From Bacteroidia bacterium (GTDB taxonomy: Bacteria; Bacteroidota; Bacteroidia; M30B66), in NCBI GenBank assembly GCA_965279035.1, contig OZ257142.1:1-64000 (forward strand): a stretch of DNA of 64,000 nt, read 5' to 3'. A model generated the notes under the pieces. The model had not been told where the DNA came from. It searched no databases and worked only from the letters and a program-made list of their open reading frames with translations. Shown in pieces: positions 10,217-21,972 of this stretch. The first letter of the stretch is position 1, and each line of letters starts with the position of its first letter. Position numbers and translations under genes: made by a program.

Positions 10217-11182
10217 TTATTTCAACATGAAGTCAGTTGCTCCTATTTGAACACCATCGCAATAAATTTCAACTTGATATTGACCTGCTAAAAGTGCATC
10301 TGTTTGCTTCACTTCCCAATTCAAACAAAGCTGCATTACTTTATTATCATAGAAAACTTCTTTTTTCACGCTGTATGGAATTTCTTCTCCATTTAACAAA
10401 GTGATTTTTGATTTATCGCCTTCTACAAATACTTTCTTATCAGGTCCTTTAATCACTGCATAAAGCAATTTTTCTTGCTTATCAGCCAATTGGTTATCTA
10501 AAACTGTAAAGCAAACACGAATACGATCCGCTTTTTTCGCCTTATCTGTTTGTTTTTCTTTTGTGCCACCACCCGAAACACGAACTGCGTCTGCATACAC
10601 TTCATATGTTTTTAAGCGCTTAGCTATTTCAACTGTTTTATTGAGCTTACTATTTTCAGTTGTAAGCTTGTTATTTTGCTCTGCCGTTTCTTCCAATTGC
10701 TTTTTAGAGCGGAAGTTTTCATTCGTTAATTCTTGGTTCTTCGCTTTCAATTCCAAGATCACAGCTTCACTTTCGTCATACGTTTGTTGAAGCTCTTCTA
10801 ATCGTTGACGCATCGAAACTCCACCAGGGCTTTCTAAACTTCCGCCACTTTTCTTTAATGCTTCATAATCGGCAAGAAGCGTAACCACTTTTTGACGTTC
10901 AACTTCAAGCTCAGCGCGAAGGCCTTCATGAGCCTGCATCAGACTATCATATTTAGCTGTAAGCAATTGCAATTGAGCACGGTATTCGTCCGTGTCTTTT
11001 TCGGCTTCTACCTTTTGTGTTTTCAGCGCTTCTGCTTCTTTTTTCAATTCTCCAACCTGATAAAACAGGTATCCAGATAATACAGCTAAAAGTGCAGTTA
11101 TGACAAAAAGAATGATTAGCAGTCCGCCTTTCTTATTCTCTTTTTCTTCAGGTTGCTCACCTTGCGGGGAGGTATTCTCCAT
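10217..11182 (-). CDS. Membrane-anchored coiled-coil protein with C-terminal beta domain (hypothetical)
   Basis: One N-terminal TM helix (LLIILFVITALLAVLSGYLFY), ~150-aa heptad region, then a beta-rich tail (RIRVCFTV...GQYQVEIY). Confidence 0.75.
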   Translation of the reverse strand: MENTSPQGEQPEEKENKKGGLLIILFVITALLAVLSGYLFYQVGELKKEAEALKTQKVEAEKDTDEYRAQLQLLTAKYDSLMQAHEGLRAELEVERQKVVTLLADYEALKKSGGSLESPGGVSMRQRLEELQQTYDESEAVILELKAKNQELTNENFRSKKQLEETAEQNNKLTTENSKLNKTVEIAKRLKTYEVYADAVRVSGGGTKEKQTDKAKKADRIRVCFTVLDNQLADKQEKLLYAVIKGPDKKVFVEGDKSKITLLNGEEIPYSVKKEVFYDNKVMQLCLNWEVKQTDALLAGQYQVEIYCDGVQIGATDFMLK

Positions 11183-11213
11183 ACGTTCAATTGTTAGATT
11201 TTTTACAGCATTG

Positions 11214-11221
11214 CAAAGATA
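11214..11221 (-). promoter_or_regulatory. Bacteroidota sigma-A -7 element
   Basis: TATCTTTG on minus strand, 31 nt upstream of the 11182 start. Confidence 0.65.
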
Positions 11222-11300
11222 TTTTTTTTTGCATGCTATAAAGTCACTAATACATCTTTTCGCATAAATTTGAACATACCTTATTATAATTATTTCAAAT

Positions 11301-11981
11301 ATGCTTAGTGAATTACTTCATTTATTTTTCCCGAACCTTTGTCCTTCTTGCAATTCTCCTTTATACAGGAATGAACAAGTAATTTGTTTTCGTTGCAAAA
11401 ATCAACTTCCCCGAACGCATTTTCATCTTCAACCAGGAAATCCTCTTGAGCGTGTATTTTGGGGACGAGTTCCTTTGAGAGCGGCTGCTGCTTGCTTTAT
11501 CTTCCGAAAAGAAGGTGGCGTTCAACATTTGCTTCACGAATTAAAATACCGCAACTCTCCTGAAATTGGTAGAGAAATAGGACGGATTTATGGACGAGAA
11601 TTAATCAATGCACCTGCATTTCAAGAAGCAGAATTGATTTTACCTGTTCCCCTTCACCCAGAAAAACTCCGAATAAGAGGATATAATCAGAGTGGCGTTT
11701 TTGGGGAAGGTCTTCAGGAAATTCTCTCTGGAAGTCTCAATGAATCTGCATTAATCCGAGAGACAAATACCGGAACTCAAACTCGAAAATCGCGATTTGC
11801 ACGTTGGGAAAATGTAGAAAGTATTTTCAAAATCTCCGATCCCGATCAAGTTAGAAACAAACGGATTTTACTCGTCGATGATGTCATTACCACCGGAGCA
11901 ACCTTAGAATCCTGTGCAGTTAATTTACTAAAAGCAGGAGTTGCCGAAATCAGCGTTGCCTGCATTGCAGCCCCTTTATAA
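11301..11981 (+). CDS. comF: ComF family phosphoribosyltransferase-domain protein
   Basis: N-terminal CPSC...CFRC zinc ribbon, PVPLH, RGYNQS, ILLVDDVITTGAT PRPP-binding motif. Confidence 0.9.
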   Translation: MLSELLHLFFPNLCPSCNSPLYRNEQVICFRCKNQLPRTHFHLQPGNPLERVFWGRVPLRAAAACFIFRKEGGVQHLLHELKYRNSPEIGREIGRIYGRELINAPAFQEAELILPVPLHPEKLRIRGYNQSGVFGEGLQEILSGSLNESALIRETNTGTQTRKSRFARWENVESIFKISDPDQVRNKRILLVDDVITTGATLESCAVNLLKAGVAEISVACIAAPL

Positions 11982-12317
11982 GCCGTCTTGCTCCTTTAAT
12001 CGTGGATTGTTATGATGACGATCTTTATCACGATTCGTTTTCTTTTCCAAATTCCGAATCATAGCAGATTCCAAATCGACTCCGGTTTGATTTGCCAAAC
12101 AAGTCAGTACAAATAATACATCCGCCATTTCATCTCCCAAGGAAGAAGCATCTTCGCCCGCTTTAAACGATTGCTCACCATATTGACGAGACATGATACG
12201 AGCTAGTTCACCCACTTCTTCCATTAAAACAGCAGTATTCGTTAGTTCGTTGAAGTAACGAACACCGTTTTCTTTTATCCAGTCATCGACTGTCTTTTGA
12301 AGGACAGAAAGTTCCAT
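11976..12317 (-). CDS. MazG-like nucleotide pyrophosphohydrolase (YpjD-like)
   Basis: LMEEVGELAR...GEQSFK...DEMADVLFVLTCLAN. Confidence 0.9.
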   Translation of the reverse strand: MELSVLQKTVDDWIKENGVRYFNELTNTAVLMEEVGELARIMSRQYGEQSFKAGEDASSLGDEMADVLFVLTCLANQTGVDLESAMIRNLEKKTNRDKDRHHNNPRLKEQDGL

Positions 12318-12320
12318 CGT

Positions 12321-15300
12321 TTATTGCTCCACCATTTGTCCGTGGCAGTTTTTGTATTTCTTGCCACTACCGCATGGACATTGATCATTACGCCCCACTT
12401 TGGGTTCTACTTTAACGGGTTGCGAACGTAGAGCTTCGGCATTGGTGTTCAAATGTTCAGGAATTTCGCTGCGACTCGTTTGAAGTTGTGGCATTGGTCT
12501 CGGTGCTGGTGCTGCAGGAGCAACACGCGGTGCGGATGGGGCTTGTGCTTGTTCAGGATTGGCAGCAGGAAGATTTCCTTTCATTAAGAACTGGGTAATT
12601 TCTTTTCCCACATCTCCCAACATCTGTTTAAACAAATTGAACGATTCCAACTTATAAATCAAGAGTGGATCTTTTTGCTCATAAACAGCATTCTGAACCG
12701 ATTGCTTCAACTCATCCATTTCGCGTAAATGCTCTTTCCAAGCATCGTCGATCATGGCAAGTGTGATCATCTTTTCTAAGGCATTCACCACTTCACGCCC
12801 TTTTGAATCAAAAGCTTTTTTCAAATTCACTAAAACCTGAATCGTTTTCAATCCATCAGTAATAGGAATCAAAATGTTTTCATATTGATGACCTTGGCTT
12901 TCGTAAACTTGAGTGATAACAGGAAGTGCCATTTGAGCTATGTGCTCCGATTTGCGGCGGTAAAAAGTCATCACTTCGTGATACAGCACATCGGCCAAAT
13001 CATGCGACTTTTCTTTCATGAAACTATCATGAGAAATGCCCGTGCTCATAGAAAAGATGCGAATAACTTCTAATCTAAATCCTTCAAAGTCGCGCACATC
13101 TTGGTATTCTTCCACCGTGCTTTCGCAAGCCTCCAAAACCATGTTGGCAATATCAACCGCTAAACGATCGCCGTATAAAGCATTCCGACGACGACGATAA
13201 ACAACCTCACGTTGAGAGTTCATCACATCATCATATTCCAACAAGCGTTTACGAATTCCGAAGTTGTTCTCTTCTACTTTTTTCTGTGCACGTTCAATTG
13301 AGCTGGTAATCATACCGCTCTGAATCACTTCCCCTTCTTTCATTCCAAGACGGTCCATAATTCGAGCAATCCGGTCAGAACCGAACAAACGCATCAAGTC
13401 ATCTTCCAATGAAACGAAGAATTGAGATGAACCTGGATCTCCTTGACGACCAGCACGACCACGTAACTGACGGTCAACACGACGACTCTCGTGACGTTCA
13501 GTACCAATAATCGCTAAACCACCAGCGTCTTTCACTCCTGCGCCTAACTTAATATCGGTACCACGACCAGCCATATTGGTAGCAATGGTTACTGTGGATG
13601 CTTGTCCTGCTTCGGCAACAATTTCAGCCTCGCGTTGGTGCATTTTCGCATTCAAAACATTGTGCTTAATGCCTTTTAATTTCAACATGCGGCTGAGCAA
13701 TTCTGAAATTTCAACCGATGTAGTACCAACTAATACTGGACGACCTTTAGCTGTTTCTTCAACAATGACATCAATAACTGCATTGTATTTCTCACGCTTT
13801 GTTTTGTAAACCAAATCTTCGCGGTCTTTCCTAGAAATTGCACGATTGGTAGGTATTACAGCCACATCGAGTTTATAGATATCCCATAACTCACCTGCTT
13901 CTGTTTCGGCAGTACCGGTCATACCAGCCAACTTGTTATACATCCGGAAATAATTCTGCAATGTAACCGTAGCATAGGTTTGAGTTGCCGCTTCGATTGT
14001 TACATTTTCTTTCGCTTCAATGGCTTGATGTAATCCATCGCTATAGCGACGACCATCGAGGATACGACCTGTTTGCTCATCAACAATCTTCACTTTTCCA
14101 TCCATCACGACATATTCCACATCCATTTCGAAAAGTGTGTAGGCTTTAAGAAGTTGATTGATGGTATGAATACGTTCCGATTTAATAGCAAAATCGCGTA
14201 AAAGCTGATCTTTCTGATCTATTTTATCTTCGTCAGATAAAGATGATTTTTCAATAGCTGCGATTTGAGTTCCTACATCCGGTAAAACAAAGAACTGAGC
14301 ATCTTCGCTCACTCCAGTGATGAGTTCTAATCCTTTCTCCGTCATTTCGATGGAGTTGTTTTTCTCATCAATCACAAAGAAAAGCTCGGTATCTACTTTA
14401 TGCATTTCGCGACTTTGGTCTTGCATGTAGAAATTCTCCGTTTTCTGAAGTAATTGTTTTACTCCCGGCTCACTAAGGTATTTGATTAAAGCTTTATTCT
14501 TTGGAAGTCCACGATGGGCACGTAACAAGGCCATTCCTGCTTCCTTTTCATTTTGACCAAACAATTTTTTTGCATCTGCCAAAGCCGTATTGATGTAATT
14601 CCGTTGAGCAGTTACAAGCTTTTCGATTCGTGGTTTTAATGCAAAGAATTCTTGGTTATCTCCTTTGGGTGTAGGACCAGAAATGATTAATGGTGTACGA
14701 GCATCATCCACTAAAACTGAATCGACCTCATCGACGATAGCGTAATTATGACCGCGTTGCACCAATTCTTCGGGACTGCGGGCCATGTTATCGCGTAGAT
14801 AATCGAAGCCAAATTCGTTGTTCGTACCAAAGGTAATTTCGGCAGCATAGGCAGCACGACGTTCTGCTGAGTTCGGTTGATGTTTATCGATACAATCTAC
14901 ACGTAAACCATGGAATTCGTATAAAGTACCCATCCATTCAGAGTCACGACGAGCCAAGTAATCGTTCACGGTAACAAGGTGAACACCTTCGCCCGATAAG
15001 GCATTGAGGTAAACGGGAAGCGTTGCTACCAAGGTTTTTCCTTCACCAGTAGCCATCTCAGCAATTTTCCCTTTATGTAACATGATACCACCAATGAGCT
15101 GAACATCGTAGTGAACCATATCCCAGATTACACGATTTCCTGCTGCAGGCCAGTTATTCAAATAGGTAGCTTTATCACCTTGGATGCTGATATAATCTTT
15201 CTTAATCGAAAGATCGCGATCCATTTGTGTAGCATTTACTTCTAAACTAGGATTTTCGGTAAAACGACGAGCAGTTTCGCGCATTACGGCAAAAGCTTCA

Positions 15301-15638
15301 GGTAAAATTTCCAAAAGCTTCACTTCTATTTTTTCATGAATCTTCTTTTTAATCTTATCGATTGAATCGAAGAGTGTTTCTTTTTCATTGAAGTCCATGT
15401 CCACCTCAAGTTCCACACGGCTCATTAATGCAGCAATTTCATCCCGCTCAGCCTGAACAGCCGCTTGAATTGAAGCTCGGAATTCAGTCGTTTTTGAACG
15501 AAGCTCATCATGACTAAATGAAGCAAGCGTTGGATAAATGACATTAATTTTATCAACCAAAGGACGAATTTCGGCTAGGTCGCGATCGGCTTTGCTGCCG
15601 ACTAATTTTCCAAAGAGATTAGCGATCGTTTTGATCAT
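12321..15638 (-). CDS. secA: Preprotein translocase subunit SecA
   Basis: [58 protein letters not shown]-terminal SEC-C motif [13 protein letters not shown]. Confidence 0.99.
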   Translation of the reverse strand: MIKTIANLFGKLVGSKADRDLAEIRPLVDKINVIYPTLASFSHDELRSKTTEFRASIQAAVQAERDEIAALMSRVELEVDMDFNEKETLFDSIDKIKKKIHEKIEVKLLEILPEAFAVMRETARRFTENPSLEVNATQMDRDLSIKKDYISIQGDKATYLNNWPAAGNRVIWDMVHYDVQLIGGIMLHKGKIAEMATGEGKTLVATLPVYLNALSGEGVHLVTVNDYLARRDSEWMGTLYEFHGLRVDCIDKHQPNSAERRAAYAAEITFGTNNEFGFDYLRDNMARSPEELVQRGHNYAIVDEVDSVLVDDARTPLIISGPTPKGDNQEFFALKPRIEKLVTAQRNYINTALADAKKLFGQNEKEAGMALLRAHRGLPKNKALIKYLSEPGVKQLLQKTENFYMQDQSREMHKVDTELFFVIDEKNNSIEMTEKGLELITGVSEDAQFFVLPDVGTQIAAIEKSSLSDEDKIDQKDQLLRDFAIKSERIHTINQLLKAYTLFEMDVEYVVMDGKVKIVDEQTGRILDGRRYSDGLHQAIEAKENVTIEAATQTYATVTLQNYFRMYNKLAGMTGTAETEAGELWDIYKLDVAVIPTNRAISRKDREDLVYKTKREKYNAVIDVIVEETAKGRPVLVGTTSVEISELLSRMLKLKGIKHNVLNAKMHQREAEIVAEAGQASTVTIATNMAGRGTDIKLGAGVKDAGGLAIIGTERHESRRVDRQLRGRAGRQGDPGSSQFFVSLEDDLMRLFGSDRIARIMDRLGMKEGEVIQSGMITSSIERAQKKVEENNFGIRKRLLEYDDVMNSQREVVYRRRRNALYGDRLAVDIANMVLEACESTVEEYQDVRDFEGFRLEVIRIFSMSTGISHDSFMKEKSHDLADVLYHEVMTFYRRKSEHIAQMALPVITQVYESQGHQYENILIPITDGLKTIQVLVNLKKAFDSKGREVVNALEKMITLAMIDDAWKEHLREMDELKQSVQNAVYEQKDPLLIYKLESFNLFKQMLGDVGKEITQFLMKGNLPAANPEQAQAPSAPRVAPAAPAPRPMPQLQTSRSEIPEHLNTNAEALRSQPVKVEPKVGRNDQCPCGSGKKYKNCHGQMVEQ

Positions 15639-15667
15639 GGGGAAGTATATTCAAAAAAAACAGAGGG

Positions 15668-15675
15668 CAAAATTA
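15668..15675 (-). promoter_or_regulatory. -7 promoter element of secA
   Basis: TAATTTTG on minus strand, 29 nt upstream of the secA ATG. Confidence 0.65.
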
Positions 15676-15732
15676 GGGATTTTCCCGGGGCGCAGGCTTG
15701 TCAACATTTATTCCTTCGAAAAGGATGCTGAC

Positions 15733-15779
15733 AAAAAGTCGAAGCGGCTTTCCTCCGTCAGAGAAAAACCGCTTCAACT
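15733..15779 (-). terminator. Terminator of the 1.8-kaa T9SS gene
   Basis: agtcgaagcgg...ccgcttcaact inverted repeat with a minus-strand T-tract (aaaaa at 15733). Confidence 0.65.
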
Positions 15780-15806
15780 GAAAATTTAAAAAGACTATTC
15801 TGCCAA

Positions 15807-18800
15807 TCAGACAGTTTTAACAAATCGCTTAACGATTGTATTTCCGTTAGAACGAATTAGTATTTGATATGAACCAGCAGCTAGATCTGCAATATGGATA
15901 AGCATTCGGTTTGTTCCTTGAGCTTGCATACGCACTTCAATTTTCCGCCCGCTTGCATCTAACACTTGAATGCTTCCCATTTCAGTCCCAGAAATCAATT
16001 CCAATACAACATAAGTAGATGCTGGGTTTGGATAAAGCTGAATCGAATTGTTTGCTATATTTTCTAGTGAAGTACAATCGATTACTTTAATAACATCTGC
16101 TGCTTGACTCGTGCATCCTTTTTCATTGGTATACGAATATGTGATATCGACATTTCCGGTAATATCGCTCGAAGTAAAGATTCCGTTATTAACTCCATTA
16201 CCAGAATAAACACCACCAGCAGGAGAACCACCACTAAGTGTAGCAGTGGTTTGCTTGTTACATATTTCTTCTGGACTTAAATCAAGACTAACGGTTGGAA
16301 GTGAATTAACAACAACCTCTTGCACTTCAGAATAAGCTGCACAATTCGAGGCATTGGTTGCTTTTAAAATATAGCTACCAGAAAGTTGAACATTCAAGCT
16401 GCCTTGTGTTCCGCCACTAATTGGATTTCCATCGCTCGACCAAGAGTAGGTTATTCCTGCAATTTGTGAATAATTCAAATTCACTTCGTCCCCTTGGCAA
16501 AAAGTAAGAGGCCCATCAGGAGTAACTACTGGAACGGTTGGAGTATTTCCAACACTTACTGATACAGGTGTTGAAGTACTAACACAATTATTTGGATCAG
16601 TTACAATAACAGTATAGTTTCCAGCACTTGTAGCAGAATAACTTACCTGTGTTGCACCCGAAATACCTGTCCCATTATTTTGCCATTGATACGATAATCC
16701 TGATCCAGCATTCGCATTCAATAAGAGTGCATTGCCATCGCATATTGCAGGCTGTCCGGTATAGGTGATTTCGGCTTGAACACCCGCAACATTCACATTG
16801 ATAGGAGCGGAAGTAGCGGTACATAAGTTTTGATCGGTAACAGTTACAGTATAACTGCCCGATTGACTCACATTAAACACATTGTTTACAACACCTGGTA
16901 TTGCAATTCCATTATTTAACCATTGATACGTGTACCCATTTCCAGAAGATGCCTGTAACAATACAGTTCCACCAATACAGAATGTTGTTGGACCGTTTGG
17001 TGTAATGATAGAAGCAGGAGCTGGATTAACAGTTACATCTATAGCAGAACTTGTTGTAGTACAAGCACCTGTGTTGGTGATTACTACGGTATAGCTTCCT
17101 GCAGCATTGGCGGTATAGCTAGGCTGAGTTGCCCCTGAAATAGTTGCTCCACCAACTTGCCATTGGTAAGTAAGCCCTGCACCCGTATTCGCATTTAAAA
17201 TAACAGAGCTTCCATGACAAATTCCTGTTGGACCAGCAGCTGTGATTACTGCAGATGGTGCTGCGATTATATTGACATTGGTTGCAGATGAAGTTGAAGA
17301 ACAATTTGCTCCTTGAGAAACAGTTACAGTATAATTTCCAGAAACAGTTGCCGTATAATTCAGTCCAGTTGCTCCCGAAATAGGTGTTCCATTTTGTGAC
17401 CACTGATAGGTAAGTCCATTACCAATTGGTGCACTAAGAGCAACGGTATTTCCTTGACATACTGTTGCATTTCCATTAACCGAAATTGTTGAAGTGGGAG
17501 GAGGTGTAGCATTTACAGACAAAGCAGGAGAGTTAGAAGAACAACCATTTGCAGTTATAGTAACAACGTAGTTTCCTGAAGTATTAGCTGAATAGGTAGA
17601 TTGAGTTGCACCATTAATTGGATTTGCATTATTCAACCATTGATAGGAATATCCTGTTCCTGTAGGCGCAGAAAGCGTTACAGTATTACCTTGACAAAAA
17701 GTAGTAGGACCACCAGCAGTAATGGAAGATGTAGGAGCTTGATTCACTGTTACGTTAATGGAGTTACTTGTAGCAGCACAAGCAACAGTGCTAACAAGAA
17801 CTGCATATGAACCAGCTTCAGTTGCTGAGTAACTAGTTGAAGATGCCCCAAATATTGGACTTCCTGCTAGTAACCATTGATAGCTTGCACCAGAAACTGG
17901 ACTAACATTAAGCGCCACATTACCACCAGCACAGAATGTTGTTGAACCGGTTGACGTTATGGTTGCTGTTGGGCCAGCTACTACAGTTAATACAATTGAA
18001 TTTGATGTTGCAGTACAAGTTGGACCATTTGATACAACGGCAGTATAAGTACCAGCTTGATTAGCTGTATATGTTGCTCCAGTTGCTCCAGAAATGTTAT
18101 TATTATTCAATTTCCATTGAATCGTATTTCCTGGTTCTGTGTTGATAGACAAAATACTAGAACTTCCTTGACAAATAGTTGTGTTTCCTGAAGCACCTAT
18201 GGAAGCTGTAAGGCTTGATACAACATCAATTTGAATGGAATTAGAAATAGACGAACAGCCTGATGCATTGGTAATAATCAATGAATAAGTACCTGCTTGA
18301 TTTGCTGAATACGAAGTTGAAGTTGCACCTCCAATATTGAGGTTATCTCGCTGCCATTGATAAGTTGAACCTGCTTGAGCTATTGTTGAAATTGAAATTG
18401 ATCCAGTACCACAAATGGTTGTACTAGCAGAAGTAATTGTAGCAGAAGGTGATTGAGCAGACGTTACGGTTATTGCATTACTTGTTGCTGTACATCCACT
18501 ACCATTCACAACATATAAGGTATAAGTTCCAGCTGATGCCGCTTGTAGTGTTGTTGATGTTTCACCAAGTAGATTAGCTCCATTCAATTTCCATTGATAC
18601 GTTAAGCCAGCAACTGTAGGAGCTGTTATCGAAACTGGATTTCCTCCGCAAATAATGGTCGAACCTGAAGCTGCAATTGTTGGAGCACTTAGATTACAAC
18701 CAACCGGAGTTCCTTCAATGGATAAATAAAAGGTACTGTTCGTTGTACTTGCATTTTCATCATACACGCGCAAGTAATACGTTTGACCAGGAGTTAGTGT

Positions 18801-21224
18801 TGTTAGCGTTATCGTTTCAACATCGTAAGGTCCTGTAATGTCATTATTATAACACCCAATCGAAGTGAGTGAAGAACACGTTCCTGAAAAAACTTCTAAA
18901 ATCGTATTGAAGTCTAAATCTCCTCCAGCATTGATCGTCGTTCCTTGAGGATTTTGACCTGCAACAAAGCTAAACCAAACATCGTCGTTTGCATTTCCTG
19001 TACAACCAGCAATTGATTGTGATGCTAGTGCTGTTGTATAAGGTAAGAAGTTGGTTGTTGCTGAAAGTGTGACAACTGGAGCGCCCGAACAATTATTATT
19101 TAAAGGAGTGCTTAGATTACGTACACAAATATTAAAATCGGTTGCCGTTGCATTCAAACCTCTGTAATCGAAAACCCGAATAAAATACGTTTGACCAATG
19201 ATTAATCCCGTAGCGGTTAAATGTTCTTCACCAGATAATTGAAAGAAGTCGGAACATCCACGTGAAACTAAAGCACCACAAGAACCTGAGAAATATTGAA
19301 TAACAGGATCCATTGTTGAAACAGGATCAACAGTAATATCAACCGAAGTAGCGGCAGCAATAAAGCTAAACCATACATCGGCAGCAACAGTGCCTCCACT
19401 AGAGCAAGATGAAGTAGGCAAAGAAGCCGTTGCATTGGCCACATCACCCGGAATTCCTAAACAGGTTGCTCCCGGAGTAATTGGAATTGCCCCTGAACAC
19501 TCATCGTTTGGCGGTACTAAAGATGCTGGATTCCAATAAGCACAAATCGTTATAGAAGGATCGGTTGGAACTGTACCATCAAAATTATATACACGAACGA
19601 ATATATCTTGTCCAGCAGAAATTCCAAAAATGTTAAAGGTTTCAATTGGACTACCAACATTAAAATTGGCGCAACCAAGACTAATTAATGTATTGCAATC
19701 TCCCGATACACTTGGGACAAAGATTTCAGCAATTAAATCGGAGGCTGCGTCTAATCCTGTAAGTTCGATAGTAACAGCCGTATCTGATGCAAATACTTGA
19801 AACCACACATCACCATTATCGGTACCTGAACATCCTGTACTAGGTAATGAGGCAGAAGAATTTGCCAAAGAAGAGTTTGTAAGTCCACACGTAGTTCCAG
19901 CAATAACGGTTGTTGCATTGGCGCATTCGTCATTAGGTGCAGTAACAACAGGATTCCATAAAGCGCAGGCACCAAAAGATGGATCCGCTGCAACACTAGC
20001 GTTATAATCATAAACGCGGAAAAATACATTCGTTCCCGGTGTTAAACCAGTAACATCAACACCTTCGGTTTGACTTCCAACTGTTGCATCAATACAACCA
20101 ATTTGAGTAAGGGCCGCACAGGATCCTTCAAAAACTTCTATAACCGCATCAACAGTTCCATTGGGAATAATTCCAAATGTAACACCTACATCAGTTGATG
20201 TTGCACGATACCATACATCATCGGTATTTGTTCCTCCACAAAGTGTGGCTGGTGAAGAAGCCGTTGCCCCGGCTAATGTTCCTGTAATTGTATTACAAAC
20301 TGTTCCTACCGTAAGGTTTGTCGCACCTAAACATTCGTTATTTGCCAATCCGCTTGAGGGAGCCTGAGTTGCACAAATACTGAAATTCGGATTTAACGCT
20401 AATGCAGTGTAATAATCAAAGATGCGGATATAAAAAACTTGACCTGCAGTTGGTGTAAGTAAATTAACTCCTTCAACACCTGCATCACCACCGTTATCAA
20501 CACAGCCAAGAAATCCTAAACTTGCACAACTTGTACCGGTAAAAACCTCCATTACAGGATCAAAGCCAGTCCCATTGGGTGTACATGAAACTGTTAGATC
20601 ATTGGTATTAGTAGAAACTACACGAAACCAAACGTCATCAGTGTTAGTTCCTGTGCAAGAAGTTGTTGGTGAAGAACCTGTAGCTCCTGTTAATGTACCT
20701 GAAATTGAATTGCAAAATTCTCCTACTGTTAATGTGGTTGCTCCTATGCAATTATCATTACTCGGTGTACCAAGCAACATTTGTCTATACAAAAGTGTCG
20801 TATTGGTAATATTAGTAATGCAGTTGTACTCATTGATTTGGACATTTAATAATCCAGAAAACGTTGCAGTCCAAGTTATTCGTGCATCTGCGGAACAAGA
20901 GTCATCGGCATAACCAATAGCAACAGTTGGATTTGCAGCATTAAATAATGTGATTTGAGAATCATAATTTGTAGAACCACCTCCACCATCAATAGCACAT
21001 AGTGAAAACTGATATTTATTTCCAGCAGTAACACTGAAAACAGCATATTCGCCACCATACATATTGGTAGCTGCTGCTTGAAATGAATAGGTAAAATTGC
21101 TAATTGTGGTCTGTGGCCATTGAGATGTTGAATTCGTACATTGAGCCTGTACTTGATGAATTCCGAAGATTGAGAACAGAATAAGTAAAGAAACAAATCC
21201 TGTTTTTTGTAGTTGTAGAATCAT
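15807..21224 (-). CDS. Large T9SS type-A cargo surface protein with five N(D/N)xC...DVWF repeats and ~10 Ig-like repeats; probable start 21224 (MILQLQK)
   Basis: Signal peptide VQA|Q; 5x N(D/N).C..A...C...DVW(F/Y); ~10x TT(F/I)C.G..V.L...YQW..NG..I.GAT..Y.A..AG.Y; CTD LYPNPAS...DASGR...GSYQI...KRFVK. Confidence 0.9.
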   Translation of the reverse strand: MILQLQKTGFVSLLILFSIFGIHQVQAQCTNSTSQWPQTTISNFTYSFQAAATNMYGGEYAVFSVTAGNKYQFSLCAIDGGGGSTNYDSQITLFNAANPTVAIGYADDSCSADARITWTATFSGLLNVQINEYNCITNITNTTLLYRQMLLGTPSNDNCIGATTLTVGEFCNSISGTLTGATGSSPTTSCTGTNTDDVWFRVVSTNTNDLTVSCTPNGTGFDPVMEVFTGTSCASLGFLGCVDNGGDAGVEGVNLLTPTAGQVFYIRIFDYYTALALNPNFSICATQAPSSGLANNECLGATNLTVGTVCNTITGTLAGATASSPATLCGGTNTDDVWYRATSTDVGVTFGIIPNGTVDAVIEVFEGSCAALTQIGCIDATVGSQTEGVDVTGLTPGTNVFFRVYDYNASVAADPSFGACALWNPVVTAPNDECANATTVIAGTTCGLTNSSLANSSASLPSTGCSGTDNGDVWFQVFASDTAVTIELTGLDAASDLIAEIFVPSVSGDCNTLISLGCANFNVGSPIETFNIFGISAGQDIFVRVYNFDGTVPTDPSITICAYWNPASLVPPNDECSGAIPITPGATCLGIPGDVANATASLPTSSCSSGGTVAADVWFSFIAAATSVDITVDPVSTMDPVIQYFSGSCGALVSRGCSDFFQLSGEEHLTATGLIIGQTYFIRVFDYRGLNATATDFNICVRNLSTPLNNNCSGAPVVTLSATTNFLPYTTALASQSIAGCTGNANDDVWFSFVAGQNPQGTTINAGGDLDFNTILEVFSGTCSSLTSIGCYNNDITGPYDVETITLTTLTPGQTYYLRVYDENASTTNSTFYLSIEGTPVGCNLSAPTIAASGSTIICGGNPVSITAPTVAGLTYQWKLNGANLLGETSTTLQAASAGTYTLYVVNGSGCTATSNAITVTSAQSPSATITSASTTICGTGSISISTIAQAGSTYQWQRDNLNIGGATSTSYSANQAGTYSLIITNASGCSSISNSIQIDVVSSLTASIGASGNTTICQGSSSILSINTEPGNTIQWKLNNNNISGATGATYTANQAGTYTAVVSNGPTCTATSNSIVLTVVAGPTATITSTGSTTFCAGGNVALNVSPVSGASYQWLLAGSPIFGASSTSYSATEAGSYAVLVSTVACAATSNSINVTVNQAPTSSITAGGPTTFCQGNTVTLSAPTGTGYSYQWLNNANPINGATQSTYSANTSGNYVVTITANGCSSNSPALSVNATPPPTSTISVNGNATVCQGNTVALSAPIGNGLTYQWSQNGTPISGATGLNYTATVSGNYTVTVSQGANCSSTSSATNVNIIAAPSAVITAAGPTGICHGSSVILNANTGAGLTYQWQVGGATISGATQPSYTANAAGSYTVVITNTGACTTTSSAIDVTVNPAPASIITPNGPTTFCIGGTVLLQASSGNGYTYQWLNNGIAIPGVVNNVFNVSQSGSYTVTVTDQNLCTATSAPINVNVAGVQAEITYTGQPAICDGNALLLNANAGSGLSYQWQNNGTGISGATQVSYSATSAGNYTVIVTDPNNCVSTSTPVSVSVGNTPTVPVVTPDGPLTFCQGDEVNLNYSQIAGITYSWSSDGNPISGGTQGSLNVQLSGSYILKATNASNCAAYSEVQEVVVNSLPTVSLDLSPEEICNKQTTATLSGGSPAGGVYSGNGVNNGIFTSSDITGNVDITYSYTNEKGCTSQAADVIKVIDCTSLENIANNSIQLYPNPASTYVVLELISGTEMGSIQVLDASGRKIEVRMQAQGTNRMLIHIADLAAGSYQILIRSNGNTIVKRFVKTV

Positions 21225-21244
21225 TTTGGTCAGATTAAGGGGGG

Positions 21245-21252
21245 CAAATGTA
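21245..21252 (-). promoter_or_regulatory. -7 promoter element
   Basis: TACATTTG on minus strand inside the ORF-track 5' extension, supporting a start at 21224. Confidence 0.65.
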
Positions 21253-21394
21253 ATACACATACCCCTAAAGATATAGTGGTTAATTGTTAAAAATTAAAAT
21301 GGAATGAAAGGATGAATTTACAATTCACATAAATCCGCACTAAATGCTATAAATGCAATAAAAAACCAATTGATTCTTTCGTGTTCAAATGCCA

Positions 21395-21970
21395 TTATTT
21401 TTCGTAGAAATGCATTTCTCGCATGTATTCCCAAGCTTTTGTTGGCATAAAACAACGGACATCTTTTTTCGCTTTTACTGCATTTCGGATCATGGTTGAG
21501 GATACTTCCATCAAAGGAGCATCAATCTGAGTGACTTGAGCATGTGTTAACAAATCACACTCTTCAAATCCTGGTCGAGGATAAACATACAGGCGTTGCT
21601 CAAATAGAATCTGCTCATAATTTTTCCATTTGTGAAATCCAGCGAGATTATCACTACCCATGATCAAAGAAAAAAGATGTTGTGGATATTTCTCTTTCAG
21701 ATACGTGAGCGTATTGATGGTAAATGAAGGTTTGGGTAGATTAAATTCTATATCGCTAGAACGTAAATAGGGAATATCCTCAAGGGCTTCATTTACCATG
21801 GCCAATCGGTGTCGATCCTGCAGTAAACTTTGTTTATCTTTAAGTGGATTTTGTGGTGAAACTACCAGCCATACTTGCTCTAAATCGCTAAACTGAGCCA
21901 TATAACCAGCAATGGCAATATGTCCAATATGAATTGGATTAAACGAACCGAAATACAGCCCGATATGCAT
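21395..21970 (-). CDS. nadD: Nicotinate-nucleotide adenylyltransferase
   Basis: GLYFGSFNPIHIGH, SPQNPLK, IMGSDNL, VSSTMIR. Confidence 0.97.
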   Translation of the reverse strand: MHIGLYFGSFNPIHIGHIAIAGYMAQFSDLEQVWLVVSPQNPLKDKQSLLQDRHRLAMVNEALEDIPYLRSSDIEFNLPKPSFTINTLTYLKEKYPQHLFSLIMGSDNLAGFHKWKNYEQILFEQRLYVYPRPGFEECDLLTHAQVTQIDAPLMEVSSTMIRNAVKAKKDVRCFMPTKAWEYMREMHFYEK

Positions 21971-21972
21971 AA

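Noticed and set aside
15759-15777. agaaaa(a)ccgcttcaa also found near 61417
   Set aside because: Short match; one copy is a terminator arm; likely chance
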